Assembly (NCBI GenBank): GCA_030390025.1
Contig: CM059431.1
Span: forward strand, 158,598,001 to 158,662,000
Direction: 5' to 3'
DNA from: Squalus acanthias
Taxonomy: Eukaryota
Length of the DNA stretch: 64,000 nucleotides
Shown piece after piece: positions 61,881-64,000 of the stretch. The translations under genes were made by a program, and so were the position numbers. The notes beneath the pieces were generated by a model. That model saw only the letters and a program-made list of their open reading frames with translations. It made no database searches and was not told the DNA's origin. Numbering within the stretch: the first letter of the stretch is position 1; each line of letters starts with the position of its first letter.

Positions 61881-62699
61881 TATATCTTGCCGTTCGGGAA
61901 TGGACACAAGCATACACCAGGTGGTCCCTGCACCCTGGCACGGGCAGCCAGAGCGACCCCACTGTGGTCCCCGCCAGGCCTGGACCCACAAATTGCTGTC
62001 TTATTCAAAAATTTGGATTAGCGAAAGGATTGGGAATCTTTCATAGATCGTGAACTCTCAATCGATTGCAAACCGTCAATAATCTGTGAAATTATCAATA
62101 GATTGATAATCGATGAATCAGGAAACATTAATTGTTCTGAGATCATGAAGAAGCGGCAAAGATCTGCGATAAATAATTTATGTACGTAACATCGAACGTC
62201 TGGAACACAATGTTCACTCTGTGTCAATCGAAAATAAAATTTAAACTGTAGTGAATACTGACCTCAAAAAACGCTACTCCATGGTAAACTACTGCAGCAG
62301 AATTTTTAAATGTTCATTGTTTACATGGCGTGTTTGACATTCCAGCGAAGACGATGGGAGACAAGGGAATTGGGGCTATTAAGAGCCTTTCGCGAAAAAA
62401 ATAGTTTGTTAAAAATTGGAGCCTCAAAGCTTACACGTACAATGATCGAAACTGCACTCTTCGGTTTATGAGACCGACGCCTTTCTACTTGGACATTGCA
62501 ACACACGGCAGTACAGCATATGCTGATGACTGGGCTAAAATGTTTAAATTCAGAAGACAGGTTACAAAGACTAGGCTTGTTTTTCAATGAGTATAAAAGA
62601 TTAATGGATCCTCTAATTGAGCTGTTAACATGATTATCTGATTTGATAGCGTTTCTAATTACACGTACAATTAAACTGAATTAAATAAAACAAGGTTTT

Positions 62700-64000
62700 A
62701 TAGGGATGGCAGTGCAGATGGTGTGCCGCAACTGCAGCATGTGGGAGTTTGTGGAGAGCCTTGTGATCCGGGACAACAACGTTTCCAGTAACTGACTGCA
62801 ACTTGAGGAACTTCAGCTCAGAGTTATTGAGCTGGTTTCTGAGGTGTGGACATTGCGGGGTTTCAGAGATGGGGAGAGTTACCTGGAAGCTTTGATCCAG
62901 GAGGCAGACACACCCCTTAGGTTAGGTAATGATACAGATCTGTTTAGCGGTCAGGGACAGGAGGGTGTGACTGCAACTCAGACAGCGAAGGGGACCCCAG
63001 CTGAAGTGCTGGAGGCGACTCAGCCTTTGCCCTTGTCCAACAGGTATGAGGTTCTTGCTGCATGTGTGGATGAAGGAAAAGCTTGCAGGATGGATGAGCA
63101 AGCTGACCATGGCACTATGGTGCAGGAGGCCATTCAAGTGGGTGAGTGAAAGGGAATGTAGTTGTGGTAGGGACAGTATACTCAGGGAGATAGATACGGT
63201 TCTCTGCAGCCGCGACCGAGAGTTTCAAAGGTTGTGTTGCCTGCCCGGTGCCAGGGTGAAAGACATCTCCTCGCGGCCGGAGAGGAACTTGGAGTGGGAG
63301 GGGGAGGATCCAGATGTCGTGGTCTTCGTAGGAATCATCAAGATAGGTAGAACTAGGAATGAGGTTCTGCTGAGGGAGTTTGAGGAGCGAGGCTCCAAAT
63401 TAAAAAGCAGAATATCAAAGCCAAATATCTCTAGATTGGTACTTGAGCCACGTGCAAATTCGCATAGGGACAAACAGATTCGAGGTTTAAATGCGTGACA
63501 CAAAGACTGGTGTGGAAGGAAGGGGTTTCACTTTATGGAGCACTGGCACCAGTACTGGGGAAAGAGGCAATTGTTCCGTTGGGACGAGCTCCACTTAAAC
63601 CAGACTGGGAAAAATGTCCTGGCGAACCGAATAGCAAGTGCAGTAGACAGGGCGTTAAAGTAATGAAGGAATGGGGGTGGGAGGTTAGAGGAAAGAGCCA
63701 GTTTTAAAGTAGCGAGAGAAATGTCAAGCTCTAGAGCAGAGTAGAGTTTTGGGTAAAAATCAGCAGAGTGGGTCAAAAAGGGACAGAGAGAGTAACCAAG
63801 ATAATAAGGCATCAGTGACAAATTGTTATCAGGGAAGAATAGAAATATGTCAAAGCTGAAGAAGTGTGTTGGATAGTACAGGAGGGGAAGGTAGCTGCTG
63901 GAGGCAGAAGTAGTACCATATTAGATAGGAGCAGACTAAGAAAGAGTAGGAAAATTCAAAAAGGGGTTTAGAATGAATGTACATAAACCCAAAAAGTGTG
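62700..64000 (+). mobile_element. CR1 ORF1 (zinc finger + esterase) remnant, running off the window end
   Basis: MAVQMVCRNCSMWEF, PLPLSNRYEVL and CCLPGARVKDIS. Similar to 33479-34413. Confidence 0.85.

Noticed and set aside
62040..62520. Possible exons of a further gene (e.g. MGDKGIGAIKSL, LRR-like)
   Set aside because: Stops occur in all frames, with no consistent splice phases or convincing motif. Unsupported without a homology search.

Overview
This is eukaryotic DNA, most likely from a cartilaginous fish (shark-like). That call is inferred from the CR1, L2, Penelope and Deu-SINE repeat content and from the NLR architecture. The host content is a tandem pair of spliced NLR (death-fold - NACHT - LRR) immune-receptor genes on the + strand, and both are damaged. 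Copy 1 (~2335-17722) keeps a 525-codon open NACHT frame but has two in-frame stops, a lost splice acceptor and a frameshift. Copy 2 (~55324-57640) is more decayed, with an insertion and a ~2.5 kb deletion. Most of the rest is retrotransposon DNA: nested CR1 LINEs (two near full length with zinc-finger/esterase ORF1), L2/Crack-like and Ingi/Vingi-like fragments, Penelope-like remnants, a solo LTR, SINEs, MITE-like elements and two degenerate minisatellites. The most notable signals are three minimal hammerhead-ribozyme motifs, a hairpin- and splice-donor-rich insertion in NLR copy 2, a shared non-canonical Walker B in both NLRs, TATA/splice-donor monomer arrays at CR1 5' ends, and a tRNA-derived head on a LINE body. 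All calls were made by eye with no database search, and repeat boundaries are approximate.
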